Part shown: positions 40,632 through 53,900 of the stretch, in pieces
How positions within the stretch are numbered: the stretch's first letter is position 1
How the letters are laid out: every line of letters begins with the position of its first letter
NCBI GenBank assembly: GCA_030141605.1
Contig: JAQGDQ010001090.1
Coordinates: forward strand, 1-63,936
Direction: 5' to 3'
DNA from: Tubiluchus corallicola
Taxonomy: Eukaryota > Animalia > Priapulida
Length of the DNA stretch: 63,936 nucleotides
Program-made: the position numbers and the translations under genes
Notes under the pieces: model-generated
What the model was told of the DNA's origin: nothing
Database searches by the model: none
What the model saw: the letters and a program-made list of their open reading frames with translations, nothing else

Positions 40632-41095
40632 ATATGGATCAGTGCATTCTGAATCAAGGGGTGGGCATATGGATCGGTGCATTCTTAATCTACGGGGCGG
40701 GTATATGGATCAGTGCATTCTTAATCAAGGGGTGGGCATATGGATCGGTGCATTCTTAATCGACGGGGCGGGTATATGGATCGATGCATTCTTAATCCAG
40801 GAGGTGGTGGGCATATGAATCAGTGCATTCTTAATCCAGGGGTGGGCGTATAGATCGGTGCATTCTTAATCTACGGGGTGCGTATATGGATCGATGTATT
40901 CTTAATCCAGGGGTGGACATATGGATCGGTATATTCTTAATCAGCGGGATATGGTAAACGGATCGATGTATTCCTAATCCAGGGGTGGGCATATGGATCG
41001 GTATATTCTTAATCCGCGGGATATGGTATACGGATCGATGCATTCTTAATCCAGAGGGGGGGACACGGATCGGTACATTCTTAATCCGCGGGATA
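40632..41095. repeat. ~39-44-bp minisatellite upstream of the neuralized start
   Basis: ATATGGATCGGTGCATTCTTAATCCAGGGGTGGGC, ~12 units. Confidence 0.92.
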
Positions 41096-43719
41096 TACGA
41101 ACTGACATATTCCTTAGTTTGACCAAAAATGAATCCCGCAAGATGGACAGTAATAATTTTAAGGTTACTGTTGTCATCAGATTAACATGTCACATGTTCG
41201 TCGAACGAAGCAATCACCATATTTAAAAAACTCTTTCTTGCTCTGGCGAATAAAGCTGCATTAACGCAACTGAGTTATCTTTCAAGTCTAGAAGCCATTA
41301 GCATCTGATTTCAACAAAAATCGTAACTTAAACAGACTTGAATGCGAAGCAGAAGTGGCTTCAAAAATGGCAAAAAAAGCTTTCAAGAGATTCCGGAGAA
41401 AAGACTAGTCGAAACCTACACACGTTCCACACTCGACTGGCCTAAGATAATGCATTGTGTCATTGTGTAATTCAGCCTTTTCAGACAGGTCCATCATAAC
41501 AGCCCTAACTTCTCAACTGATCCAGCCGGCATAATATTGAAAAAAAATGTCTTGTTTTATTTTTAATTTAACTTAGTCTTATTATTATTATTTATTTATT
41601 AAATAACATAATATCTATTAAACTTTTGTGGTGTGAATAATTATCAATAAGCCTTAAAATGAATCAAAACTAAGGCTTCGCATTAATTTAATTAGTTTAA
41701 GCATTCAAATAGGTTGATTGTCAGTTAAAAAACCAGAAACCAGAATTATGTGCAGTCCGGAAAAACCATTACGGTAATTAAGTTTTTTGGAAAAATTATA
41801 AAGGTCCTGTCACAGTTTTAGAGACCAAATTCATTTTTGTAAAATCACCATTGTCATTGCTGTTGCTGTTATCATTTGAATAATTATATTACAGTTTGAC
41901 GTGGTCTTAGTAAAACTCTTCTGATTAAAAACCAGATACACATGTGCATCCACAAATTATAATTACTATTATTAATAAATTATATATGTGAACAGTAGAA
42001 AATGAATTGCCAAATTGTAAGGTAAGTGTTCTTTTTCAAAAATAACTTCATGGCTTCCCGAGAGCAACCTATTTCTTAACAAATTTTGGCTGATGTACCA
42101 GTACCAACAAACAATCAATGGTTGCCAAAGTAACAAAATGCTAAACAATAATTTTTTAACTTGCAACTTGCTTATTTTATGTTAGGGATGTTGTACCAGT
42201 AAATTCTTTCTCAATATTTGCTATTCTTCAGCCAGTGTGAAAGAAAAACTCAATTTTTCACACTTTTTCTCCTGCGGGAAGTTGTCGATTGGCCAAAATA
42301 GTACCAATATGAATTGAGATTGAAATTCTGCACTCCTGGTCCAACCCCGGTTGAGGTGCAGTGATGTAAAGAACTCAGGGTGCAAAATTGGCACAAGCTT
42401 TTTAGCTAATAAACCATGCTCCACCTTCAAAAGTTTTCACAAAACCCACTTAAGCTATCATCTCTGGCTTTTATGTTGAAGTTCTAAAGTAAAAATACTT
42501 AAAGAAATGACCAAATCACTCAGCATGTTGGGTTTATTTTACTATTATTTCTTAAAGATAACAAAAACAATCTGCAAAAAACTCTCTATAAGGCATAAAT
42601 TAAAGATGCACTACCTCTGAATGGAAATTTTCAGGCGTGGTGGTTGCTGCCATTCACTTGAAAATCATAACGTAATTGGGTGACTTTTCATAAGCGCATC
42701 GTGACTTTCTGTGAGCCAATCATAAGTCATTTATTTCACCTTACACATTTACAATAGTTTCATGTACAATATCTAGTGAAAGGGCCTACAATGAACATAA
42801 TACAAATAAGAAATACTGCACAGGAAAAGCCTCAAACAATGTTCACCTATATACGAAGGTAAATGTGTAGCGGGCAATCAAAAAGCAGGGCTTGTTAGAT
42901 TGTCCCACACAGTGATAGAAAAAAAAGTAAAGGAAATAATCTGAAAGATTAAAGTGAATCGTATGATAAAAAAACAGTGCACTGCTTAAACTAATTCAAA
43001 CTTCTGCAGCTTACCTAATGTTCACACAAACATATTACAAAATTAGCTATCTATTTTTTTGTAAAAACTTTTGACGAAGATTGAGTGTGCCCTATTTTTC
43101 TTCAGGTTGAATGACGTCATTGGAAGAAAAACGAGCATTGAAAATGGAGGCGCCCAAATGATTGCATCTTTAAGGTGATTTTGCTAATTACACGAGGTAA
43201 TCATCACACTTTTATTACTAAATTCAAACGTACAACACCAGCGCTTCTCACAGCTATCAAATTTCTTCTTCCATCAGCTGTTTCATTACCACATTATTCA
43301 GACTCATCTGTTTTTCTTTTTCCAAGTGTGCCGTTTGTTTTTTTGTTTTTTTTGAAAAGTCTCCTCTTCTTACTTCTACTGTGCATTATTCTTATATTGA
43401 AAATAGTCTTACCAATCGAACAACGACTATTACGGATTACAGCACAAACAACAGGTTAAAAGTACTTTAATCTATTTTATTAAAAGTAAATTTAGTATCC
43501 GCCATTGTTCTTTCTTTTTTTCTCCAACCTACTCTCGCTTTACACTTCCACCTTACGCTATTTAGTTCTGCTTGCGAATTCGTTCACAACAACATTATAC
43601 ACATTTCGACTGCTGTTATATTTTGGGTCATAACTCACAACTATTGACATATATATACAGAATTATATATATATAAAGTAGTATATACAGAATTAATTGC
43701 ATTTTCCACTATTTACTTT

Positions 43720-44645
43720 ATTTTGGTGTACCACTACACTATAAGAGTGTGAATACATTATCTGTCTCTCATTTTCTTTTAATTTTGGTGTACCACTACA
43801 CTACAAGAATGTGAATACATTATCTGTCTCTCATTTTCTTTTAATTTTGGTGTACCACTACACTACGAGACTGTGAATACATTATCTGTCTCTCATTTTC
43901 TTTTAATTTTGGTGTACCACTACATTACAAGAATGTGAATACATTATCTGTCTCTCATTTTCTTTTAATTTTGGTGTACCACTACACTACAGACTGTGAA
44001 TACATTATCTGTCTCTCATTTTCTTTTAATTTTGGTGTACCACTACATACAAAACTGTGAATACATTATCTGTCTCTCATTTTCTTTTAATTTTGGTGTA
44101 CCACTACACTACAAGAATGTGAATACATTATCTGTCTCTCATTTTCTTTTAATTTTGGTGTACCACTACACTACAAAACTGTGAATACATTATCTGTCTC
44201 TCATTTTCTTTTAATTTTGGTGTACCACTACACTACAAGAATGTGAATACATTATCTGTCTCTCATTTTCTTTTAATTTTGGTGTACCACTACACTACAA
44301 GACTGTGAATACATTATCTGTCTCTCATTTTCTTTTAATTTTGGTGTACCACTACACTACAAGAATGTGAATACATTATCTGTCTCTCATTTTCTTTTAA
44401 TTTTGGTGTACCACTACACTACAAGACTGTGAATACATTATCTGTCTCTCATTTTCTTTTAATTTTGGTGTACCACTACACTACAAAACTGTGAATACAT
44501 TATCTGTCTCTCATTTTCTTTTAATTTTGGTGTACCACTACACTACAAGACTGTGAATACATTATCTGTCTCTCATTTTCTTTTAATTTTGGTGTACCAC
44601 TACTTTATAAGAGTGTGAATAAATTATCTGTCTCTCATTTTCTTC
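43720..44645. repeat. 62-bp tandem repeat, ~15 copies
   Basis: TTTTGGTGTACCACTACACTACAAGACTGTGAATACATTATCTGTCTCTCATTTTCTTTTAA. Confidence 0.97.
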
Positions 44646-44791
44646 TTTTCCTGTATCAGTTTTTTAGGTTCCATCATCTTTATTTTCAATTTCACTCTCT
44701 TGATTTTTCTACTAATTCACATTCAGATCAACGTAAGTTTATTTTGGATATTTTCTTTTCTACACGTTCTACTGCTTTTGTATCTTTTATC

Positions 44792-45240
44792 TTAAAGGAA
44801 GACCGGATAATTGTTTAGACTCAATCTCATTTTAATTTACTGTACAAAATATACATTTTCTTGCCTATAAAACTTAAAAATTGTTTCTTATATCTGAATA
44901 ATTAGCATAAAAAGTTAATTAACGGCAACCAAACACAGCTATTGCTTACGTCAGAAACTAACCTCAGTTTGTGCAATGGCAGGAGTCTTCCCTTGTGCGT
45001 CAAGCACACTTGCATAGGTGTTAAACAGTACTGTTTAAACACATGATGTCACTAAAAATGGGCTTTACATCATATGACATCAGAAACTAACACTGCAGTT
45101 CACGTTCACGATCATGGTTATCACGGTACCGCCTTCTATTTGTCGGCCACGCACACATGGCAAAAAGGTGCTGCCATTCAATATTTTAGAACATTCTTTA
45201 TTCTAAACTAATGTCTACACAATCATCTGGTTTTCTGAAA
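44792..45240. mobile_element. Kolobok-like MITE, internally deleted; same family as 61202 and 62083
   Basis: TTAA-AGGAAGACCGGA start; collinear with the 61202-61743 copy. Confidence 0.8.
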
Positions 45241-45329
45241 ATCAAAACCGTGATGATCTCTAACTGCAAGCTTTTCTTTGTTAATGTTGTGACTTCTATT
45301 GCTCAGCTAAGAGGGCAGCTGAAATGGCC

Positions 45330-46452
45330 TGATGGTCCAAGAGGAGAGCTGAAGATTTGAAAATTTGTCCACTTATAAACAATTTTCCGACACAATATGT
45401 CCAGGGGCAATCACCAGCCGTTTGATGCTGATCCGCAGAAATTTTTGCAGAGATTTGTCACCACGGATGAGACTTGAGTGCACCAATTTCAACCACCGTT
45501 CAAACATCAATTAAAACAATGAAAGTATGCTGAAACTCCAACTCCGAGAGAAGGTGATGTCAACTGGCAAGTTGATGGCCTCTGTGTTTTGGGATTCCGA
45601 AAGAGTTTTGATGGTGGATTACTTACCAAAGGGCTAGACTGTTAGTGGAACATACTACGCTACTTTATTAAGGCAATTAAAGGAGGAAATTAAGAGAAAA
45701 TGTCATGAAAAGTTACTTGAAAGCTGCTGTTCCACAATGCTCAAGCTCATACGTCTGCTGTGACTCTTGCCATTCATGATTGTGGCTTTGAATCAGTTTA
45801 CCATCCACTTTATTCACATAATTTGTCCCGATCGGACTTCTACCTGTTCCCAAAATTGAAAAGTGCACTCTGCGACCATCATTTTGCTTCTGATGATGAA
45901 GTTGTTGAAATTGAGACCCAATGTTTACAGGATTCAACTTTTTACAAAATGATAATTTTGATCCTCCATGATTTGGGGCGAGTATTCTCTGCCAGAAAAC
46001 GAATTCGAATTGGTGAATTTCGAATTCGATTCGAACTTCAGTATTTCGAATTGAAATTGAAAGATTTTCCAACAAGTTTTCGAACCACCAGTAAAAATTA
46101 GTCTTACAAAGATCATACATATTACTCGATTTTGTTCTGCAGTAAAACCGCTAATAATTTGTTTAAAATTATGCACAGAAATCACAGTTAAATTAATGAT
46201 AAAGTTTTATTGATAAAGATTAAAGTGATTAAAGTGCTGAATTAGCCGAATCTATAGTTTTAGGTTTGAAACGAATTCGAAATAGAAAAACTCGTTCGAA
46301 TCGAATTCGAACATTCGATGCTCACCACTATCCATGATTGCTGGGCTAAGCGTGCGAATTTACAAAGGGATTATGTCGAAAAATAATATACAAAGTTTCA
46401 TTTAAGTTATTTCCTACACCTTAGGCCATGAATTTCTTTAGCCACCCACTCG
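45330..46452 (+). mobile_element. Decayed mariner transposase relic, interrupted by a MITE
   Basis: RFVTTDET*VH, MASVFWD, HPLYSHNLSRSDFYLFPKLK (YSPDLAPSD motif), FASDDEV, DYVEK*; stops and frameshifts. Confidence 0.88.
45973..46330. mobile_element. hAT MITE (10221 family, inverted) nested in the mariner relic
   Basis: 8-bp TSD TCCATGAT at 45965-45972 and 46331-46338. Confidence 0.9.
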
Positions 46453-47762
46453 GATTGTTTTTAACTCATTTATAAATGATTTCAGCAAGTCTTTCGTCTT
46501 CACTTCGAAGCATCTGGTTTTACTCTTCATTTGTTTGATCCTCTTTTCAGTTTCATACGTCTGAACTTCATCCTATCTCTGGCATTCTCTGCATCATCTC
46601 TCCTTTAATTTGCCAATATCAACAATTTTTTCTTGCAACGGATTTTCACTCTCCGTTAACTTTCTTTCTGCTTTATCAGCCTTGAGAAAATAACGTCCAG
46701 TCAAATTTTCCAACCATCTCCATTTCACATTGCTTTCCACTGACTTCAGAAAACCTGTCACCAGTCTTCATCCTCACACCAATGTTTTTTTTAATTAGTA
46801 AGCAAAAAAGTTCAAACCAAAAAAAAAAAAAGAATAAACAAGCTGCTTTCATTTTAAGGCACTTTGCAGGATAATAGAGTAGTAAGTTATAAATATTTTA
46901 ACTAGTGCAAGGAAAACATACAAACTAATCTACAACAGGAAAGGCAGACTAGATGACCATTTTGGTCTTTCACCATTCCACCGTTTTTTGTATTTTGATG
47001 ACTATTTTCATGCACAATCCATTTGGAGGCAAATAAATTATTCTGCTTCTGTTTGGCAGTTTTTGCAATAATCAACAGGCAAATTAAACATAGAAAGATA
47101 TCTGTCATTTCAGTGCTTCATGCTGTAGTGCTACAGTGACCTTTGAACAACACAACAACGCAGTAATGGGGGTGACAAATGACCAACTCCTACGAAATAT
47201 TATTATTAGACTAGTGTGCAGCTATGCGTGAACTGTCACCATTAATTTGGATGACCACAAAAACGGTTGCTTTCATAAATATGTTACATATTTAATAGAT
47301 AAAGATATGATAATCTTATTACCAGTATTAAAGCTGCTGAAATTACCGCCCATCATGAAATTATCATATCGTTTAATGCTCCATCTGTCACTACTCCACG
47401 ATTTTTGAACCGCTAACAAAGTCCTGATACGCCTGCTTTGTGTACATTCAAAATTATGTTGTTAAAATGTTAAAACATGAAAAATGTATTTACGAATCGA
47501 AACTTCACAATGCTACACAACAAATCCAATTCCAAGAAACCCAAATCCCAAATTCCTCAAGAGGCTCTGAGTGCGGGACAGTGTTAGATTATTAAAATTA
47601 AATGCTAATTAATTTCGTGCAAAATATAAAAATAGAATTACCAATACATACACAAAAATACTGTGACGTGCTATGGTTATAACAGTTTGTTGGTTAATTT
47701 TTTCTTATGTTTACATGCAATATTTAAAATTTATTTGCGCGGTCTATTTTTGAAATGTTAAA

Positions 47763-47939
47763 ATGGCGGCTTACGTTGCTAACATGCAAAAGCATTTTCA
47801 ACTTCATAATCGAACTAAAGATTATCCTGCCCACTCTGCAAAGGTTCACAGTGTAGCATGGAGTTGTGACGGCAGACGATTAGCATCAGGGTCGTTTGAT
47901 AAGACAGTTAGTTTGTTTCTGTTGGACAGAGAAAGATTG
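47763..47939 (+). CDS. THOC3: THO complex subunit 3 (Tex1, WD40), exon 1
   Basis: HSAKVHSVAWSCDGRRLASGSFDKT matches THOC3; aaaATGG start; gtaggc donor, phase 0. Confidence 0.95.
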
Positions 47940-48737
47940 GTAGGCATTATTAAGCCTAGTGTACTTGTACAGTAGTAGTGACTAGTGGCCTAGTGCTAGT
48001 CACCGCAAGAGAAGGCAACAAGCTCTCTATACTTTTTGTTTTATTATTGATTTTTATAAGGTTCCGTACGCACGAATTTGGACCATTTGATGTTTCACCG
48101 TCCATTTTCTTTGTTATTAAATTTTAAAGTTAGGCTAAAGTTTACGTGTATTATAATTAATATTAATTTATTATTTAAATGAATTTTAGTTGAACTTTAA
48201 ATTCATTAAAATTTTACAAACTGAATGAATTACCTAATACAGCGATTGAAAGAATAAGTGCATGTATAATATTAGCCGCTTCTGTGAGAAATAAAAACTC
48301 AACTTGTGGCATTGTAGATTACTTTGTAATTGCGTTTTTGTCATTAGATTGCCATATTCAAAAATGCAGTTGTACAATAAAAAAACATCGCGTGTTTCTT
48401 TGTGGCTCTAGAATTCCCATTGAAATCATTGTATGTGTCTGACATTTGTAAAGTCACTAACATTAAACACCAAAACTGCACAGATTCAGGCAAAATAAAC
48501 TATTTTATTGAAAACAGTAAAGAAGTTTCATAGCAACAGGCTCATCAGCTTAAGGTGGTAATGTTACAGCCGGCTTGCAACAAGGAAGCGCAGATTTGGC
48601 AGAGGCTAACAGTTAAGTAGTAATTTCTACGTCAGAAGTAGGATGTAGCCAATGCGACAGAGGGTGTTGTCACAATTGAAACTGTAGTGCTCTTACATCT
48701 GTGTCAGTGTCTAGTGAAATACCCGCTTTGCTTTCAG

Positions 48738-48897
48738 GCTAAAGACCACACATTCCGAGGTCATGGAGATAGCGTGGACCAGCTTTGTTGGCACCCAACC
48801 AATCCAGATCTTCTTGCCACGGCTAGTGGTGACAGAACCGTCAGAGTTTGGGATGCAAGATCCATTACAAAAAGTGCACAAGTAATTAGTACCAAAG
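48738..48897 (+). CDS. THOC3: THOC3 exon 2
   Basis: RGHGDSVDQLCWHPTNPDLLATASGDRTVRVWD...TK; tttcag/gtgaga; phase 0-1. Confidence 0.95.
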
Positions 48898-48913
48898 GTG
48901 AGACATTTCTGCT

Positions 48914-49722
48914 AGGTGGCGCAGACTCTTGAACTCTGTGACAGCTGGCGCTGACTCTTGAACTCTGTGACAGGTGGCGCTGACTCTTGGACTCTGTGAC
49001 AGGTGGCGCTGACTCTTGAACTCTGTGACAGGTAGCGCCGAGTCTTGAACTCTGTGACAGGTAGCGCTGACTCTTGAACTCTGTGACAGGTGGTGCTGAC
49101 TCTTGAACTCTGTGACAGGTAGCGCTGACTCTTGAACTCTGTGACAGGTAGCGCTGACTCTTGAACTCTGTGACAGGTGGTGCTGACTCTTGAACTCTGT
49201 GACAGGTGGTGCTGACTCTTGAACTCTGTGACAGGTAGCGCTGACTCTTGAACTCTGTGACAGGTGGCGCTGACTCTTGAACTCTGTGACAGGTAGCGCT
49301 GACTCTTGAACTCTGTGACAGGTGGCGCTGACTCTTGAACTCTGTGACAGGTAGCGCTGACTCTTGAACTCTGTGACAGGTAGTGCTGACTCTTGAACTC
49401 TGTGACAGGTGGTGCTGACTCTTGAACTCTGTGACAGCTGGCGCTGACTCTTGAACTCTGTGACAGGTAGCGCTGACTCTTGAACTCTGTGACAGGTAGC
49501 GCTGACTCTTGAAATCTGTGACAGGTGGCGCTGACTCTTGAACTCTGTGACAGGGGGCGCTGACTCTTGAACTCTGTGACAGGTAGCGCTGACTCTTGAA
49601 CTCTGTGACAGGTGGCGCTGACTCTTGAACTCTGTGACAGGTAGCGCTGACTCTTGAACTCTGTGACAGGTAGCGCTGACTCTTGAACTCTATGACAGGT
49701 GGCGCTGACTCTTTAACTCTTG
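48914..49722. repeat. 29-bp minisatellite, ~27 copies
   Basis: GACTCTTGAACTCTGTGACAGGT(G/A)GCGCT. Confidence 0.97.
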
Positions 49723-50979
49723 AACTTTTTTCAGAAGTTTGTGTGAGACATCGGCCTGATTTTAAATTTGTTGATTAGAATTAAAACAAATGCGTGGAAG
49801 TATGTAGTCTAATTTGTTGTTTTTATAGAAAAAGATGCATAACGCTTCCATCTACGAGTTGTTAATTAAAATGTTTTGCTGTTATTGAAATATGTAATAT
49901 TTAGATTAATTCATTACTTTGTAAGAAAAACTGCACAACTATTTGATTAGAAGAGTGGCCACCCAAAAACTGCACAACTATTTGATTAGAAGAGTGGCCA
50001 TCCAATTTATAATTTATTCCAACTTACATGATTGGTGCATTTACATTATTACTTTTTATCACAGCTATAACATTACATAGAACTCAGGACAACCAATCAT
50101 ATGTAATTATTCACTCTATCTTATAGTTAATGCAATAAGCATATCGTACTAATGCTAGATATATGACATGTAAATCTGCACATAACTTTAAAAAAACTGT
50201 TAAAAGGAAGAAACAATCTAACGAATTAGGCTGATCATATGGCATTTGCTTATAGGAATAGCAAGCGTCAAATGGTCACCTGTACAAAGGTGACGATGTA
50301 ATTTATAACTTTAGAATGAAGCCCGTATAAATAATTCAAGGTTAACTTAACCTAAAGAACAGCCTGAAAACATGCATGAAGTGTAGGTTAAACACTTAGT
50401 AATATGACTAGAGCGCGCAAGCTGAGGCTGTACTGTTATGTTGGATGTTGGTACCAGGTGAGGATCCCTTGGACTGATAAGTGCAATGGTAGTGTTATGG
50501 GAATAATGCTACAGTTGATGTTGTGTAGGGCAGTCATGCTTGAATTCACCATTAAGCAAAATAAGTATGATGGATATTGATGATGGACATTGAGATTCAG
50601 GTTACTGAGCAGCCTCATGCTGCTTTCAAGTTTGGTAATGCTTATCCAGTTCTTATCATTTATCATTATCCAGATATGATGAATGGCTGTTCCTTTATGA
50701 GCTTCAGAGCATCTCTGTACTTTTAATCTAATATGACTTTTTGTGCAATGTAAAGTAGCACAGTGGTTCCCAACCTTTTGTTGACAGTGACCCCTTTCCA
50801 GAACCCTGCATCATATCATGACCCACAAAGGACATAATCACATGTTACAATGTTTCATCACTTATTGCGGGTGTTCCGTTCCAGACCCACCCGCGATAAG
50901 TGAATTTCCCCGAAGTAGAGACGCTATACTTATTTTAGTAGTTATACATTATTTTAAGTCTTTATAAACCCTCCATATA

Positions 50980-51643
50980 TAGTAGCACCATACTAGTAGT
51001 GACATTAGTAGTAGGGCCATACTAGTAGTGACATTAGTAGTAGCGCCATACTAGTAGCGACGTTAGTAGTAGCACCATACTAGTAGCGACGTTAGTAGTA
51101 GCGCCATACTAGTAGCGACATTAGTAGTAGCGCCATACTAGTAGTGACATTAGTAGTAGCGCCATTCTAGTCGAAGCTTGATTTGTTAAGACACAGATAT
51201 AAGACATTGTACAAGCCATTTGGAAACTAGTTCAGTGCATTAGTTGTTAAAAGTTAAGTCTTTCGTTTTAAGTAAGCCTTTTCACAGTTCCAGCTATTGA
51301 TGATGATCGTGAAAAGGTCAAAGGTTAAGTGTACCAGACAACACATTTGTGTACACTTGACAATATCTCGCAGTCCAAGCTATTATAATACTAACAGTTT
51401 TAACAGCTAGCTAGAACCTTACCTAGTTCATTTTTTCTTGTTCTTAACCAAGATCCTGCTAGTAAATCACTCTACGCACAGACTGATGCATAATTAAGCA
51501 AAGTCAATGTAAAACAACTGAGGTTATGGAACTAATGCAGCAGAATGGAACATGCTTTACATGCATGTCACATAACAATTGTAGTTAAGATGCGCTGCTG
51601 CAGTGCACTTAACCTTTGACCTATACCAACTGTGTCTATGCAC
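50980..51643. repeat. Left arm of a near-identical inverted repeat (partner 53417-~54050)
   Basis: Satellite units, a unique ~110-bp stretch and a MITE; reverse complement of the right arm apart from ~4-5 substitutions and one satellite unit. Confidence 0.95.
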
Positions 51644-51935
51644 AACGAAACAATGAAAGACTTATTAGACCATCATTTTGACAATGATAAAAGTGATACA
51701 GTATCAACGAAACATTAAGACACACGGTAAATCAAGCGCCATGTCGCATTTTTTCAACTTCGGCAAAAAAAACGGTTTTTGTTCAGCCACTCTTAGGCTA
51801 AACACACGCAGCCTGAAGCACCAATACAAAAATTATTCAGTATATCAACCATTTTTTATTACACTCAGTAGCAAAGTAGCTAGGTACTTCAAGTTTTAAC
51901 ACTCTGAATTGATTATCCAAATTTGCTGTACTTAC

Positions 51936-52094
51936 TGCAAAGGTGTACCAAAGCTCTCGGTGTTACAGGCGTAAATGTCAGCTCAAGAGTGTGTAACTGC
52001 TGTAGTCCAACATTACACAGTGACACTGCAACAGTCTCGTCTATCTCAGGCGCCTTCTCTAATTCCAGAGCAAACAGTTGTTGACAAGATATTA
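51936..52094 (-). CDS. FBXO41: FBXO41-like exon (third from last, LRR-like), inverted relative to the following exons
   Basis: CQQLFALELEKAPEIDETVAVSLCNVGLQQLHTLELTFTPVTPRALVHLC vs remembered human CMRLQVLELDHVSEITQEVAAEVCREGLKGLEMLVLTATPVTPKALLHFN; ttttag/gtaagt; phase 1-1. Confidence 0.85.
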
Positions 52095-52209
52095 CTAAAA
52101 CATAATTACTTAACATTAAATACTTCACTCTAGTTTCAACATAGAGTCAAAGGACAGAACACTCCTCTATTACAGAGATTTTGGCTTAATTGTGTAATTA
52201 TAAATGTGT

Positions 52210-52465
52210 TTGACTATGAAGTTAGGCAATGCTGGATCAGGTTACTGAGTGGGTAGATGCTTGATTATGAAGTTAAGCAATGATGAACCAGGTCAGTGAA
52301 TAGATGAGTGCTTTGCTATGAAGTTAAGCAATGCTGGACCAGGTTACTGAGTGGGTGGATGCTTGATTATGTAGTTAAGCAATCCTGAATCAGGTCACGG
52401 AATAGATGAGTGCCTGACTATGAAGTTAAGCAATGCTGGGCCAGGTTACAGTATGGATGAGCGAG
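52210..52465. repeat. Five ~50-bp tandem units resembling the 5S internal control region
   Basis: ATGAAGTTAAGCAATGCTGGACCAGGTTA...GATGAGTG repeated, alternating two variants. Confidence 0.7.
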
Positions 52466-53416
52466 CACTGGAAAAATTCATTCAGAGCATTTTCGCATTT
52501 TTACTGCCCAGGCTAGTTCTCTAGTTACTCGCCCGCCTAGAAAACTTCGCAAATATTCACTATCCACTTTCTGTCAATGCAAACGGTTTTCCGATAATTT
52601 AACAGTCGAAAATAAATAAAAAAAATATTATCAAAAAAAAATCCCGCTCAGAGGTCGTTTTAGGCTACGTTTGTGTTTGATGAGAGTTTCGTGCACATTT
52701 TCTTTCCGTTTTGTATGTAGTAATATGATGCAGTGGCAGACTTAGGAAGTGAGCCCAAAGGACCTGGCCCCACCCTTTCATAGTAACAGTTACAGCACAC
52801 CAAGTGAATATTTTCTCTGAATTATAAGCTTTAGAACGTTTAGTTGTAGCTTTTAATGATTTATATCGAGTAAAAAGTTCTGCATTAATGATTTCAGAGT
52901 AAAAACGTTTGTGCCCTTTAAGCGATAATTGAAGTTTTTGGCAAAGATGTCGCTGTGTGCAATTATATGCCATACTAGGGTTTATACTAGTATATTGGTG
53001 TGTAATTAAGAGTCAGAAGTTTGAGGTGACATAATGAGTTTTAAACTACTGCATTTGCTTAAGGAAATAGTAAAAAATGGTCTAAAATGCAGCAGAATGG
53101 ATTGGCAGCCAGGGCTCTGCCTTTAGTTGGGCCCACCCTTTTTCTAAAGGCTGTACCTCCCGCTGTGATGCATGTTCATGCAAGGGCAAGAAACAAATGA
53201 TCCTTTAAAGTGTAGCAAAAGATCTCCCGTACTGCCAAACTCAGTAAACTGAATTACAAGTACATAAAGTTACGAATAAAAATCCCACGGTAACTGTAAC
53301 GACATCAAAGTTTACATATATTTATATTAGCTACCCACATTTAATTAAATATCTTCTTGTTTCTCATTGAATTATTAATTAATTTTCTGTTCAGGTTTTG
53401 CTTAATAATTCCCGAA

Positions 53417-53900
53417 GTGCATAGACACAGTTGGTATAGGTCAAAGGTTAAGTGCACTGCAGCAGCGCATCTTAACTACAATTGTTATGTGACATGCATG
53501 TAAAGCATGTTCCATTCTGCTGCATTAGTTCCATAACCTCAGTTGTTTTATGAGGACTTTGCTTAATTATGCATCAGTCTGTGCGTAGAGTGATTTACTA
53601 GCAGGATCTTGGTTAAGAACAAGAAAAAATGAACTAGGTAAGGTTCTAGCTAGCTGTTAAAACTGTTAGTATTATAATAGCTTGGACTGCGAGATATTGT
53701 CAAGTGTACACAAATGTGTTGACTGGTACACTTAACCTTTGACCTTTTCACGATCATCATCAATAGCTGGAACTGTGAAAAGGCTTACTTAAAACGAAAG
53801 ACTTAACTTTTAACAACTAATGCACTGAACTAGTTTCCAAATGGCTTGTACAATGTCTTATATCTGTGTCTTAACAAATCAAGCTTCGACTAGAATGGCG
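53417..53900. repeat. Right arm of the inverted repeat (non-satellite part)
   Basis: Reverse complement of 51160-51643; begins abruptly inside a truncated MITE. Confidence 0.95.

Noticed and set aside
50436-50720. Candidate missing THOC3 or FBXO41 exon
   Set aside because: The frames I translated on both strands resemble neither protein
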